Origin: a virus | Lineage: Duplodnaviria > Caudoviricetes | Virus record (IMG/VR): IMGVR_UViG_3300030376_007782 | Location: 1-61,725 of that record | Length of the DNA stretch: 61,725 nucleotides | Direction: 5' to 3' (one strand) | Shown here: in pieces, positions 28,050 to 37,073 of the stretch | Layout: each line of letters begins with the position of its first letter | How positions within the stretch are numbered: position 1 is the stretch's first letter | The notes under the pieces: generated by a model | What the model saw: only the letters and a program-made list of their open reading frames with translations | Database searches by the model: none | Told to the model about the DNA's origin: nothing | Position numbers and translations under genes: made by a program

Positions 28050-28853
28050 CTAGATTACACTCTTTCCAGGAGTGAATGCCTTGTACGCTTCACTAATTCT
28101 TTCTTGAAGTGCCTGTTTAGTTGAAGACGCTTCAGATTGACCTCCGGTTTGCTTAAGTAGCTTGATGATCGCTTCTTGAGTTTTCTGGAGATCGCTTATT
28201 GCTTTACTGTCGTTTGACATTTCTGTATTAGCGATTTGTACTTCTTCAGTTAACGCCTCTTTAAGCAAATCTGCATCAGCCTCAAGAGGTGTAGTTTTTG
28301 GTGCAGACACAGAAGGACCAAGAGAGTCTTCAAAAAGCTGTATTAGTGCTGGTAACTGATCATTTTGTACTTGCTCAGACTGCGGAGCACTTTGCTGCCC
28401 ATTAGAAGCACTTTGCTGCACATTATCGGTACCTGCATACTTATACAAATCACCCATGGACTTTGCTCTCTGGTTTGGGTAGTAGCTTTTGCCTGCAGCG
28501 GTCGGCAAAGAAGCCCATTCAGCAGCTAAAAGAGCAACGTTCCCAGGGTTTATCTCAGCTGTATCAAAGTCCACGCCGCGTCTAAGTCCTAGTTGGTACG
28601 CATACTCGTCCTGACGATCAGGCGTCATAGAACCTCCTCCTAAGCCTTGCCAAGTACCAGGCATAAACTGATACGCACCTGCTGCAGAACTAGGGATCGA
28701 GTTCTGAGTTGGTTGGATGACTTTATTAGGGTGGCTTTTTGTGTTGTCGAAAGTCCCCCCACCGTAGTAAATGTTGTAGCCCCTACTTCCGTCTGGGTTA
28801 CGAGTACCTTCTGCGCCGGAGATGAGATTCAACCAGGATTGTCTGTTACTCAT
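28050..28853 (-). CDS. virion-associated lambda-type lysozyme/lytic transglycosylase
   Basis: LNLISGAEGT, GYNIYYGG, HP, SSAAGAYQFMPGTW, QD, EWASLP. Confidence 0.85.
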   Translation of the reverse strand: MSNRQSWLNLISGAEGTRNPDGSRGYNIYYGGGTFDNTKSHPNKVIQPTQNSIPSSAAGAYQFMPGTWQGLGGGSMTPDRQDEYAYQLGLRRGVDFDTAEINPGNVALLAAEWASLPTAAGKSYYPNQRAKSMGDLYKYAGTDNVQQSASNGQQSAPQSEQVQNDQLPALIQLFEDSLGPSVSAPKTTPLEADADLLKEALTEEVQIANTEMSNDSKAISDLQKTQEAIIKLLKQTGGQSEASSTKQALQERISEAYKAFTPGKSVI

Positions 28854-29089
28854 GTGACGTGGTTCTCTTCGTTTTTGTCGTCGAATACGTCGACTGAGGG
28901 ATCGACCATGATGCCTAGCTCTTCAATCACCGCTTTGTAAGCTCGCTCTCTGCAGACCATTCGAAAGATGCGTTGCCAGAGGTACTGATCTCTGTCCCGA
29001 CCTTTTAGCTGCTTTGCACCGTTACGAATACGAGTAAGAGTGAACTCGTCTTCAAGCGTGAGACCTATAGAGATTTGCTCATGTTCCAC
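28850..29089 (-). CDS. hypothetical protein
   Basis: 79-aa ORF; LTLEDEFTL...RERAYK loosely recalls NblA-type two-helix proteins (weak). Confidence 0.55.
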   Translation of the reverse strand: MEHEQISIGLTLEDEFTLTRIRNGAKQLKGRDRDQYLWQRIFRMVCRERAYKAVIEELGIMVDPSVDVFDDKNEENHVT

Positions 29090-29130
29090 GGGGGTTGCTC
29101 CGCTGCTTTTGATTTTAGCTGAGTTCTAGC

Positions 29131-29382
29131 TCACCAAGCCTTGCAGCTCCAGTATCCGGCAGATAGTTTTGATTTGGGTTCATCACACTTGTGACGTGCT
29201 CTGAAGCTCTTTCTTCTTTCTGGATTGTCTTTTTTGATACTCATATTGGGATCTCCAAAACGCACTAAGCGCACGGTTTCTCCTTCTTTGGCAGCAACCG
29301 CATGTGATTTACCACCTTGTACATCCTTCTTTGGTTTGTTATAACCTTGAAACACCTCTCCAGCGAGTCTTATTTGCGCCAC
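29131..29382 (-). CDS. small basic phage protein
   Basis: GYNKPK...VRFGDPNM...RRKSFRARHKC...SAGYWSCKAW; GTG start 29382; N-term RLAGE. Confidence 0.75.
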   Translation of the reverse strand: MAQIRLAGEVFQGYNKPKKDVQGGKSHAVAAKEGETVRLVRFGDPNMSIKKDNPERRKSFRARHKCDEPKSKLSAGYWSCKAW

Positions 29383-29516
29383 GAAGAACATCGCTACTGA
29401 AATAATTCTACCCAATCAAAAACGAAAGAAAATATAAATTCAAGACTTTATGGTTAACAACTCAGTGGTTTTGCCCTATTCTCGTGCTGTTGAGATTACT
29501 GAGCTTTCAGTTTTAA

Positions 29517-29783
29517 ATGGATTCTGCCAAACTGTTGACTATTGCCCAGACTGCTGAGCTGTTGAATTGCTCACAGGGTTTTGTGCGTAAGCGTATTGCA
29601 CTTACTGAAGCTAACCAAGATGGTGGTTGGCCAAAGACCATCTTTGTTAACTTGCAGCCCAACGGCATCAAATCTCTCTACCGCATCAAGCAGGAAGCAC
29701 TTGTTGACTACCTGACTGAGCAGAGTGAGGCTAAACTAGATGAAGCTCCTGAAGCAGTTGCCACGGACGCTTGCACTTTTTGA
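29517..29783 (+). CDS. excisionase-like helix-turn-helix protein
   Basis: LLTIAQTAELLNCSQGFVRKRI...YRIKQEALVDYL. Confidence 0.75.
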   Translation: MDSAKLLTIAQTAELLNCSQGFVRKRIALTEANQDGGWPKTIFVNLQPNGIKSLYRIKQEALVDYLTEQSEAKLDEAPEAVATDACTF

Positions 29784-29796
29784 GTCTGGTTAGCAG

Positions 29797-30333
29797 ATGA
29801 CTACTTCTAATCTTGAGGAAATCTTTCAAGCAGTAGCGGCTCCTACAGAGGAAGTTGTTACTGAAGAGGTTGTCATTGTGAAGGAAGCGAGCATCGACAA
29901 CTTTATTTTTAATCTTGTCGAGTTTGCTTCTTACAACTACCAGCTCAGTATTCAAGCGCATATGTTGCACTTGAATTTGGAATCACCAAACTTCTTGGCA
30001 TTACATAAGTTTCTAAAAAAACAGTATCAGCAGCACCTTGAAGATTTTGATACCGTCGCTGAACTTGTTCGCTCGATGGACTACCTCATGCCTATGTGTG
30101 GCAAAGGTCTTTTAGGTGCATGTAAAGATTTTAAGCATGTAAAAAGCTACGACGCCACTGAGAGTCTGGTTCGATATACCAAAAACCTAGAGAACGGTGG
30201 GTACATGGCTAAAGACTTGTACGTCATGGCCAGAGAGTGTGAGTGCCCCGATGGAGAAAACGAAATATCTAAAATAGTCAATCACATGTTCAAGTCTGCT
30301 TGGATGGTGAAGTCGACTCTCAGAACAAGTTAA
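29797..30333 (+). CDS. dps: Dps/ferritin-like protein
   Basis: AHMLHLNLESPNFLALHKFL...Y...DTVAELVR...KSAWMVKS. Confidence 0.75.
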   Translation: MTTSNLEEIFQAVAAPTEEVVTEEVVIVKEASIDNFIFNLVEFASYNYQLSIQAHMLHLNLESPNFLALHKFLKKQYQQHLEDFDTVAELVRSMDYLMPMCGKGLLGACKDFKHVKSYDATESLVRYTKNLENGGYMAKDLYVMARECECPDGENEISKIVNHMFKSAWMVKSTLRTS

Positions 30334-30890
30334 ACCAACACTTTGTTCCAGGAAGTTCCGTCGGATACGTATAGGAATTGGTTAACGGTGTCGAAGGCCA
30401 AAGATCCAGAGTCTCCCACGGTAGGTAATGAGCCGCTAAATAACGTACTCACTTCTCCTGTACAGCTACCAGCCGTGGTTGCAAAGTTTGCAGTAGTAGC
30501 GTTAGTAGCGTTAGTAGCTGTGCCAGCAGTCGTTGCAAAGTTGGCCGTCGTTGCAGTGGTAGCAGTGTCCGCCAGAGTGGCAAAACCAGCTCCGATTTCT
30601 ACCCATGCAGAGCCATTCCATACCCTCATGTTGTAGTTAGTTGTATCGTCTACCCACAGCTCGCCTACAGAGTTCCCTGATTGTCCGTTTGGTGTTGAGT
30701 TAGGAGCGTTCGTTCCGTATTGCGCACCTCCGATTTTACGAATATCGCTAGCGGAATCCAAAAAGTAAAGCCCTGGCTCCGTTGCACCGAAGGAAAGTGC
30801 TAACTGGCCAGTAGTAAGTGACGCAGGAAAAGGTCTATCCGCAGACTGACCAGTTCTGAACGTAAGAATTGTTACTGGGGTGGAAGTCAT
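30330..30890 (-). CDS. tail fibre-related protein with ATTA/ATNA repeats
   Basis: RPFPASLTTGQLALSFGATEPGLYFLDS...KIG; GELWVD; ATTATTANFATTAG repeated. Confidence 0.7.
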   Translation of the reverse strand: MTSTPVTILTFRTGQSADRPFPASLTTGQLALSFGATEPGLYFLDSASDIRKIGGAQYGTNAPNSTPNGQSGNSVGELWVDDTTNYNMRVWNGSAWVEIGAGFATLADTATTATTANFATTAGTATNATNATTANFATTAGSCTGEVSTLFSGSLPTVGDSGSLAFDTVNQFLYVSDGTSWNKVLV

Positions 30891-32459
30891 TTAGTAAGTG
30901 CCGCCGTTGACAAGAGATCGATAAATCGGAGGACCCACAATGGCACCATTTAAATACTCACCACAATCGTAGATTAAAATAGCTCCGCTTCCCACGGGTA
31001 CTCCGTTTTCGTATTGACCTCCATCGATAACAGGAATGTTCTCAGGTGGAACAGGAATTAGTGGGTTGAACTCTTCTAGAAAGAACATTGTGAACCCACT
31101 GGCTTGAATAGCAGGTACATTCCCCGATGCCAAAGTATCGAAATTTAAAACTTTAGAAGTTGTAGGAAATCCATCCGAATAGAGCATGTGTGTGGGAGTG
31201 TTCTCTTTTGAGGGAGAGAATCTTTCCCAGTACTCCAAGTTTTTAGATCTATTTTTAAAATCAGTTGCTTTTTCTAGATTTTTATAAAAATGCTCTCTAT
31301 AGGCAGGGTTCATTGGCTCGTCGTTAGGTTCAGCCAAGTAAGGAGCTACGAACGCCTGTGTTTTAAAGCGGTTTTGCATGTCCCACCATGAGGCGTATAA
31401 GTGTTTACAAAACCTGGGTTGAAAAAAGAACATATTGGGATCTGAGTAAGACGATCCTGCACTGTCGTCATACTCAGGAGGATCCAGCAGCTTATTGGTG
31501 TAGATAAAACCAAAATCTCTTGTAAATCCTGGTAAATCACGGGTGACGGCAGGTCTGTCTCCTGTATACGTTTCTGTACCGGCATCGTAAAAACCAGGCT
31601 TTAAATCTTGAGGTTTGGTGTATGGATAACTCCTCATGGAGGAGTATTTGTAGAGATTGAAGTCATCTCTCCCGAGATAATCAGGACAGTTACACCCAAA
31701 CCTCATTGCTGTTGTAAAAAAGTCTCCAGGAATCGGGTCCATTGCAGCTGGACTAGAAAGGACATCGTTACCAAAAACTGTCCAACTAGTATTTGCAGTT
31801 GCCGATAGAAAAAGAGTGTCAAAAACAGGAAGAGGTGTTGGTTCCTGCGGACCACCAGCTAAGGTGCCAACACCGACCACGGTGTAGTTGTTGTATATGC
31901 TTTTTTCGTCACCATTTGAGTCAAAGCGATCAGAAACAACCTCACCGGTCATAAAAGATATTGGCGCACCAAAAGTAGAAGACAGTTCTGTAGCCAAAAT
32001 GCTGTTCTCTTCGTCGTAAGTGGTAACACTTTTAATTGAAATACCGTAGTCAAGAAGATTAATGGTGTCTCTAGGTCGGATGAGTGTCATCCTCATCGCC
32101 ATATCCTGCGTTGTTGCGGGATACATATAACAGATACCAGGAATTTCGAGACTTCCCGAACCTGCTTGTCCGTTTACCGCATAACGAAAGCTGTAGTTAA
32201 GACCTAGGAACCGCTGGTTCGCATACATGAAGAGTTCATACCCACGTCTCCACCGAGTCCAAAGGGAAGCGTAGTTGTAGTTGTCTAGAACGCTTAGGTC
32301 TTTGAGATTAAATTGAGGTCTGAATTTTTCTTTAAAAGGAACAGATCGGCTTAGTTTGTTTGTCGAACTCGCACCTTTAACTCTCCCAAACTCAAAGGAC
32401 TCTTTGGGTGGTTTAAAGTCCTTAAAAGAGAAACCGTCAGAACCTTTTTTTCGTGACAT
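30891..32459 (-). CDS. SWIM zinc-finger-containing protein
   Basis: FGCNCPDY ... FCKHLY (CxC...CxH). Confidence 0.65.
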   Translation of the reverse strand: MSRKKGSDGFSFKDFKPPKESFEFGRVKGASSTNKLSRSVPFKEKFRPQFNLKDLSVLDNYNYASLWTRWRRGYELFMYANQRFLGLNYSFRYAVNGQAGSGSLEIPGICYMYPATTQDMAMRMTLIRPRDTINLLDYGISIKSVTTYDEENSILATELSSTFGAPISFMTGEVVSDRFDSNGDEKSIYNNYTVVGVGTLAGGPQEPTPLPVFDTLFLSATANTSWTVFGNDVLSSPAAMDPIPGDFFTTAMRFGCNCPDYLGRDDFNLYKYSSMRSYPYTKPQDLKPGFYDAGTETYTGDRPAVTRDLPGFTRDFGFIYTNKLLDPPEYDDSAGSSYSDPNMFFFQPRFCKHLYASWWDMQNRFKTQAFVAPYLAEPNDEPMNPAYREHFYKNLEKATDFKNRSKNLEYWERFSPSKENTPTHMLYSDGFPTTSKVLNFDTLASGNVPAIQASGFTMFFLEEFNPLIPVPPENIPVIDGGQYENGVPVGSGAILIYDCGEYLNGAIVGPPIYRSLVNGGTY

Positions 32460-32462
32460 GTA

Positions 32463-33029
32463 TCAATAGAATCCGCCTTGTGCAAACCAAGTCACACCAG
32501 AAGCACTCAGAGAACCTGAAGGAGTAAACGTTGTAGGACTACCCCCAGCTCCTAGATAACCTACGCAAAGAATGTACCCCTTCTCCAGATAAAGACCTTC
32601 CATTTTGCCAATCATGATTGGCCTTAAGAGATTAGTGTTACCTGTTTGAGGAGTAGGAGCGTTAGTCGAGGGAAGAATGACAGGCTGTGGTAGCCCATCT
32701 TTACCTCCAGACAAACCAATTTCATACTTGCCAATCATCATGGGAAATGATGTGGCAGGAGCAGACTGGTTGGGAGCGTAGACATATAGACCAAACTCAG
32801 CCGTATACATACCCGCATCATCGGGATATGCTTCGTTACTTACACACCAAATATCTTCAACTAGCGCTGCGTCTTCAGACGGAATGTCGCCCACACGGAC
32901 TAACTGAGTCAGTGTGGAGAAATCAGGTACTGCAGGGTTGATTACAGAAGAACCTTCAGTAAACCTCGCACCCCTCAAAAAGGGGCGATCAACCATAAGC
33001 GGCTGTTTATTGGTGGAGGTACTTGCCAC
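32463..33029 (-). CDS. virion structural protein
   Basis: MASTSTNKQPLMVDRP...GLYLEKG...AQGGFY. Confidence 0.65.
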   Translation of the reverse strand: MASTSTNKQPLMVDRPFLRGARFTEGSSVINPAVPDFSTLTQLVRVGDIPSEDAALVEDIWCVSNEAYPDDAGMYTAEFGLYVYAPNQSAPATSFPMMIGKYEIGLSGGKDGLPQPVILPSTNAPTPQTGNTNLLRPIMIGKMEGLYLEKGYILCVGYLGAGGSPTTFTPSGSLSASGVTWFAQGGFY

Positions 33030-33103
33030 TGCCTACTACGTCTGAGGGTAATCTAATGTTAACACCGGAGAATTAGAGATTACATACCTCTAAATTCTAG
33101 GTT

Positions 33104-33790
33104 TTACTGATAAGGCACTTGCTGTAGTTCGACGGGACCTGAACCCAAACCTTGATTACTTAAGGAGCTGATTTGAGCAAGTGCTTTAGGGCCAAAGCTG
33201 TAGCCACGCTCTAGACCGCGCTCTACAAATTCCCTAGGAGCTATTCCGTATTCGTTTGCTCCTCTTAGTACAGCCTCAAGACCAAGTGTCTTTCCGTCTA
33301 CAGCACCTCCTTCTTCTGGGGTACCGATAAATCTGGACAGATCATCAGTTGCTGCAAACGTAGATTCTGCGACAGGAGATTCAATTACTGAACCTCCGAC
33401 CTCTCCTGGCTTAGGTGGTTTTTTTCCAGTTTGACCACTCTCAATCAGGTCTCGTGCTCCGTCGTAACCAAGAGAACGAGCGAGCATGTCGTATTGAACT
33501 CCTTGGTTAAAACCAGCAAAGCGATTTTGACTGTTAGGTACTCCCCTAATAGCCTCAACGATGCTTCCAGCTCCGTAAAGAAGAGGAGTGATGTCTTTAG
33601 CAAAACTTCCTAGACGTTCTAACCAGTTGCCCTCGCTAGCTTGAGGGGTGCCAATCTCCGCGTAAGTCTGCTCGGCTGAATTGGGTTGACCGTAGTCGAT
33701 GTTCAAATCCCTGAGAAACTCAGGAGATTCTGAAGCTCTTGTACCGAGGGAGAAAGGAACGTTAGACGTGGATCCGATGTCGTAGTTCAT
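33104..33790 (-). CDS. putative internal virion protein
   Basis: Low complexity, contains RFAG. Confidence 0.55.
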   Translation of the reverse strand: MNYDIGSTSNVPFSLGTRASESPEFLRDLNIDYGQPNSAEQTYAEIGTPQASEGNWLERLGSFAKDITPLLYGAGSIVEAIRGVPNSQNRFAGFNQGVQYDMLARSLGYDGARDLIESGQTGKKPPKPGEVGGSVIESPVAESTFAATDDLSRFIGTPEEGGAVDGKTLGLEAVLRGANEYGIAPREFVERGLERGYSFGPKALAQISSLSNQGLGSGPVELQQVPYQ

Positions 33791-35526
33791 TGGTAGATAC
33801 CTTGAGCAGCGAGTTTTTGTTGGATAGACAGAGGTAGGTTCTCTAAATTTATTCGAACCTGAGGCTGAGTAGCCCTGTTAATGTCTGGGTTACCGATAAA
33901 AGCAGCTCCGGTAGCAGCAGCTTCTTGAGGGTTGCTACCGAGTTCTGAAACAGCTGTAAAACTCTCAGCGTTAGGAGTCTGCTCACTCGCCTGTGGCGCG
34001 CTTAATGATTGCCTTTGTAACTCATAAGCAAGACCAGGGTTAGCTAGTGCCCAAGTTTTATTAGCACTCTCTTGAAGACCACTTAACTCAGCGATTGCTG
34101 CTGCGAGGAGATTTTTGCGAGACGTTTGATTGGCGTAGTTGTTGCGATCTCGATAGTAATCTCCGATGTTTGCATACTTTTCAGGAGACATCGGCTCTGT
34201 GTACTTATCGATGGTTGCATCGAGACCCCCGTACTGTCCGTTATTTTGTCTTCGGATTGAGTCTGCTCCTTCGTTAGTTCTAATTACAGATTCACCTGAA
34301 GAAAACGGGTTGGTCACAGACGGTGTTTCCATTTCTGCTTGAAGAGCAGCGGCAGCAGCAGTGTCACCCGTAAGAATCCCTTTGCCTGCTCGCTCCAGAG
34401 CAACAAGATCAGCAGCTGTCATTTGTCCGGCAGCGGTATCAACCGGAGCAACTTGAGACAGAGTATTTGGTGGAGCTACGGAAGCTGGAACGTTATCCGC
34501 ACCACGAGTCATAGGCAGTTCGCCTTGTACGCGATCAGCTTGTCCTTGAGTTAGTGCGTTTATTCCAAAAGCTGTCCCGACACCACCCGCACTAAGAGCT
34601 GCGAGCACACGTGGATCGCTGAGGTTAGTTAGAAAAGCGCCTTCATTAGTAGGTAAAACCCCACGAAGCGCAGCAGGAACTTGAAAGGTCTCGTCAACTA
34701 ACCCCGCTGCTGCATTGGAGTTATCGACAGTTCTCCTGATTGCTGAAGGAATGGACAACTGTCCATCAGGTATACGGTTGAGATAACTAGGAGAATCAGC
34801 ACGATCCATGAAAGGACCTCCGTCTCTTCCCCCACGCCTAATAATTTGGGAAGCTTCAGGAGTTGCAGCAGCTTGAGGGTTGTACATCTGACCCCCAGTC
34901 TTTCTTCCAGGTGCTTTTTGCACACCTTTAGAAGTTGTGGATGCCTGGTTAGCAACAGATCCTGCAGGATTACGAAGATCTAGTCTTCCTTGTACTGAAT
35001 TAGTCATCGTCCCTGTGGGACGTACATTTATAGATGGTTGCGGATTAACAGCTGCTTGCGGATTAACAGTTGCTTGTGGTACAGGACGATTAGGAGTCCC
35101 TGAAATGATCTCTCCTGGAGAAGAGCCTGTAAATCCACGGGGAGAAGAACCTGTAACGTCAAACTCAGGTCTTGGTGCTTGGGTTCGGACAGGAGCTTGG
35201 CTTCTTATGATGTCTGCTGAGGAAGAAGGTCTAAACCCAGTCCTAGGAGCAGGGGGAGTATTAAAAACAGCCTCACCAAGAAGTCCACCCCTGTTTGTAA
35301 CACCGCTCCCTCCATAAGTCTCACGCGCAATACGACCACCAAAAGGTCCTAGTCCTAGAGCGTCTGCAGCGTTAGAAGGGATTTCAGGAATATTAGATAA
35401 AGCGTTTCTAGCAATCGCTATAGAACTTTGCATTTCAGGTGGGATATTCCTGGCTGCACCTCTAGCCCCGCCCATAAGAAGGTCTACTAAGGTTCCGCCT
35501 GCGCTTTTTAGTATTTTCCCGGTCAT
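33787..35526 (-). CDS. large disordered putative internal virion/ejection protein
   Basis: 579 aa, A/G/P/S-rich, one hydrophobic Gly-rich segment. Confidence 0.6.
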   Translation of the reverse strand: MTGKILKSAGGTLVDLLMGGARGAARNIPPEMQSSIAIARNALSNIPEIPSNAADALGLGPFGGRIARETYGGSGVTNRGGLLGEAVFNTPPAPRTGFRPSSSADIIRSQAPVRTQAPRPEFDVTGSSPRGFTGSSPGEIISGTPNRPVPQATVNPQAAVNPQPSINVRPTGTMTNSVQGRLDLRNPAGSVANQASTTSKGVQKAPGRKTGGQMYNPQAAATPEASQIIRRGGRDGGPFMDRADSPSYLNRIPDGQLSIPSAIRRTVDNSNAAAGLVDETFQVPAALRGVLPTNEGAFLTNLSDPRVLAALSAGGVGTAFGINALTQGQADRVQGELPMTRGADNVPASVAPPNTLSQVAPVDTAAGQMTAADLVALERAGKGILTGDTAAAAALQAEMETPSVTNPFSSGESVIRTNEGADSIRRQNNGQYGGLDATIDKYTEPMSPEKYANIGDYYRDRNNYANQTSRKNLLAAAIAELSGLQESANKTWALANPGLAYELQRQSLSAPQASEQTPNAESFTAVSELGSNPQEAAATGAAFIGNPDINRATQPQVRINLENLPLSIQQKLAAQGIYQ

Positions 35527-35558
35527 GGTAACTAGCTGAGCTACTGCTTCTTTCTATA

Positions 35559-36179
35559 TTAACGCCAATTAGCAAAGAAATATAATCTGTCAGCACGTGA
35601 CACGTCAGGAGGACCAGGAAGTGCTTGGATAAATTCTCCTCCGCTTCTTTCAAACCTGTATCTTGCTGCCACAGGATCTTTGTAGTTAGCTACATAAAGC
35701 ATTTCTGCAAGACGACCTGTCTCATACAAGTAGTTTTCACGCCAAACTCTGGCTACCTGTTGCTTGTCCTGAACGGTGATCGAACGCTGAACGTCACCAA
35801 GGATTGTTTCTTGTCTACTTGATGCGTCCCCCGTAGCTAGTTCAGTAAATCGCTCGGCTTCTTCGCACCTTTCAATTTGAGCAACAATCTTGTCGTAGTA
35901 GTACTCAGAGGGTATAGAAGTAGCAGCTTCGATTAACCTTGCGTAATCACCAGCAGGAACTGTAGCAATGTTGTAACCCAGGTGGTAAGCTACACGACTA
36001 AAGTTAAAGTCATCAAGTCTGTAACCGAAAGCCTGGGCTGGGTTGCGAGTGAGCTGATTGACAGCAGCGTAAACAACCTCACGCTTAGTAGCGTCGGTGC
36101 TAGTGGCGTCGAAAGTGACGCCTTGCTGAGCTAGATACGACTGAATCTGTTCTAACTCAAATTGCGAAAGCTGAGCCAC
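35559..36179 (-). CDS. putative head-tail adaptor/completion protein
   Basis: RVAYHLGY...YETGRLAEMLYV; downstream of capsid genes. Confidence 0.5.
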   Translation of the reverse strand: MAQLSQFELEQIQSYLAQQGVTFDATSTDATKREVVYAAVNQLTRNPAQAFGYRLDDFNFSRVAYHLGYNIATVPAGDYARLIEAATSIPSEYYYDKIVAQIERCEEAERFTELATGDASSRQETILGDVQRSITVQDKQQVARVWRENYLYETGRLAEMLYVANYKDPVAARYRFERSGGEFIQALPGPPDVSRADRLYFFANWR

Positions 36180-36212
36180 TTACCACAACCACGAATTAGT
36201 TTTATTCTACTT

Positions 36213-36665
36213 CTACTCTACGAATACCAGTCCAGTCTCAAAAACAGCATCCCAATCAACACGCTTAATTGAAGCAAGTTGATCGAGTTTGGTGAATCGC
36301 TCTCCCGGAAGAGTTTGTTTAAGTTCGACAATTTCTTTTGCTGTTTTAAGACCTACTCCTGGTAGTACTTGAGTAAGACCCTCTGCAGTCAGCGTGTTCA
36401 GGTTGACACGGTTGTCAGTTGGAACCTGTGGCTTAACTACAGCGGTAGCGGTAGAGCTAGAGCTAGAAATTTTTCTCCTTCCGCGTCGATTTCTTGACGG
36501 TGCGTCGTTGTTTTCAGATGGTGTATCTTGCTGCTCTACCTGATCTCTATGCGCATAGAAGACCTTACTGGAGGTAAGAGATCGCACCATGTGATATTCG
36601 CCGTCGTCATGCGTAGAGAGGATAACAACCTTAATTCCACTGGGTTTGTAGATCGTGTCGGACAT
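36213..36665 (-). CDS. helix-hairpin-helix (ComEA-like) DNA-binding protein
   Basis: RVNLNTLTAEGLTQVLPGVGLKTAKEIVE...FTKLDQL. Confidence 0.8.
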   Translation of the reverse strand: MSDTIYKPSGIKVVILSTHDDGEYHMVRSLTSSKVFYAHRDQVEQQDTPSENNDAPSRNRRGRRKISSSSSTATAVVKPQVPTDNRVNLNTLTAEGLTQVLPGVGLKTAKEIVELKQTLPGERFTKLDQLASIKRVDWDAVFETGLVFVE

Positions 36666-36690
36666 AAACAAACAGTATGTAGGCAGTACT

Positions 36691-36975
36691 TTAATCTAAA
36701 CCATCAAAATCCGCACCCCACATACCCACACTGCTTTGTGACTCAGCCTCCATATCTTCTATAAACTGTCTTCTCTTTTCCCAAGTATCTCCTCCTTCTT
36801 TACCTTTCATAGCATTAATACACATACTGCTCTGTACTGTGTTACATACAAGACCAGCTAAATCAAGCTCGTTACCTCGACTTCCAGTAGCCCAGTAATG
36901 GACTCCGTTAAGCCATACAGCACCGCATTTAGGGCACTCTTTACGGTTGATGCTGATCTCTGAGGTGTCTGTCAC
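36691..36975 (-). CDS. hypothetical Cys-containing protein
   Basis: CPKCGAVWLNGVHYW...DLAGLVCN...CIN...GGDTWEKR. Confidence 0.7.
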   Translation of the reverse strand: MTDTSEISINRKECPKCGAVWLNGVHYWATGSRGNELDLAGLVCNTVQSSMCINAMKGKEGGDTWEKRRQFIEDMEAESQSSVGMWGADFDGLD

Positions 36976-37024
36976 GATACTAACGGTACAGATAGTCTAT
37001 ATAGTCTACTCAGTTTATATAGAC

Positions 37025-37051
37025 AAAAAAAGACCCCTCCGAAGAGGGGCC
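37025..37051 (-). terminator. Rho-independent terminator after capsid operon
   Basis: GGCCCCTC-TTCG-GAGGGGTC-TTTTTTT on the minus strand. Confidence 0.9.
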
Positions 37052-37073
37052 GTCCGTGTTCCAACTGATCTTA

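Noticed and set aside
29517-29783. Evidence for a prophage or lysogeny module
   Set aside because: An excisionase-like HTH and a Cro-like gene alone are insufficient; no integrase, att site or host genes in the window
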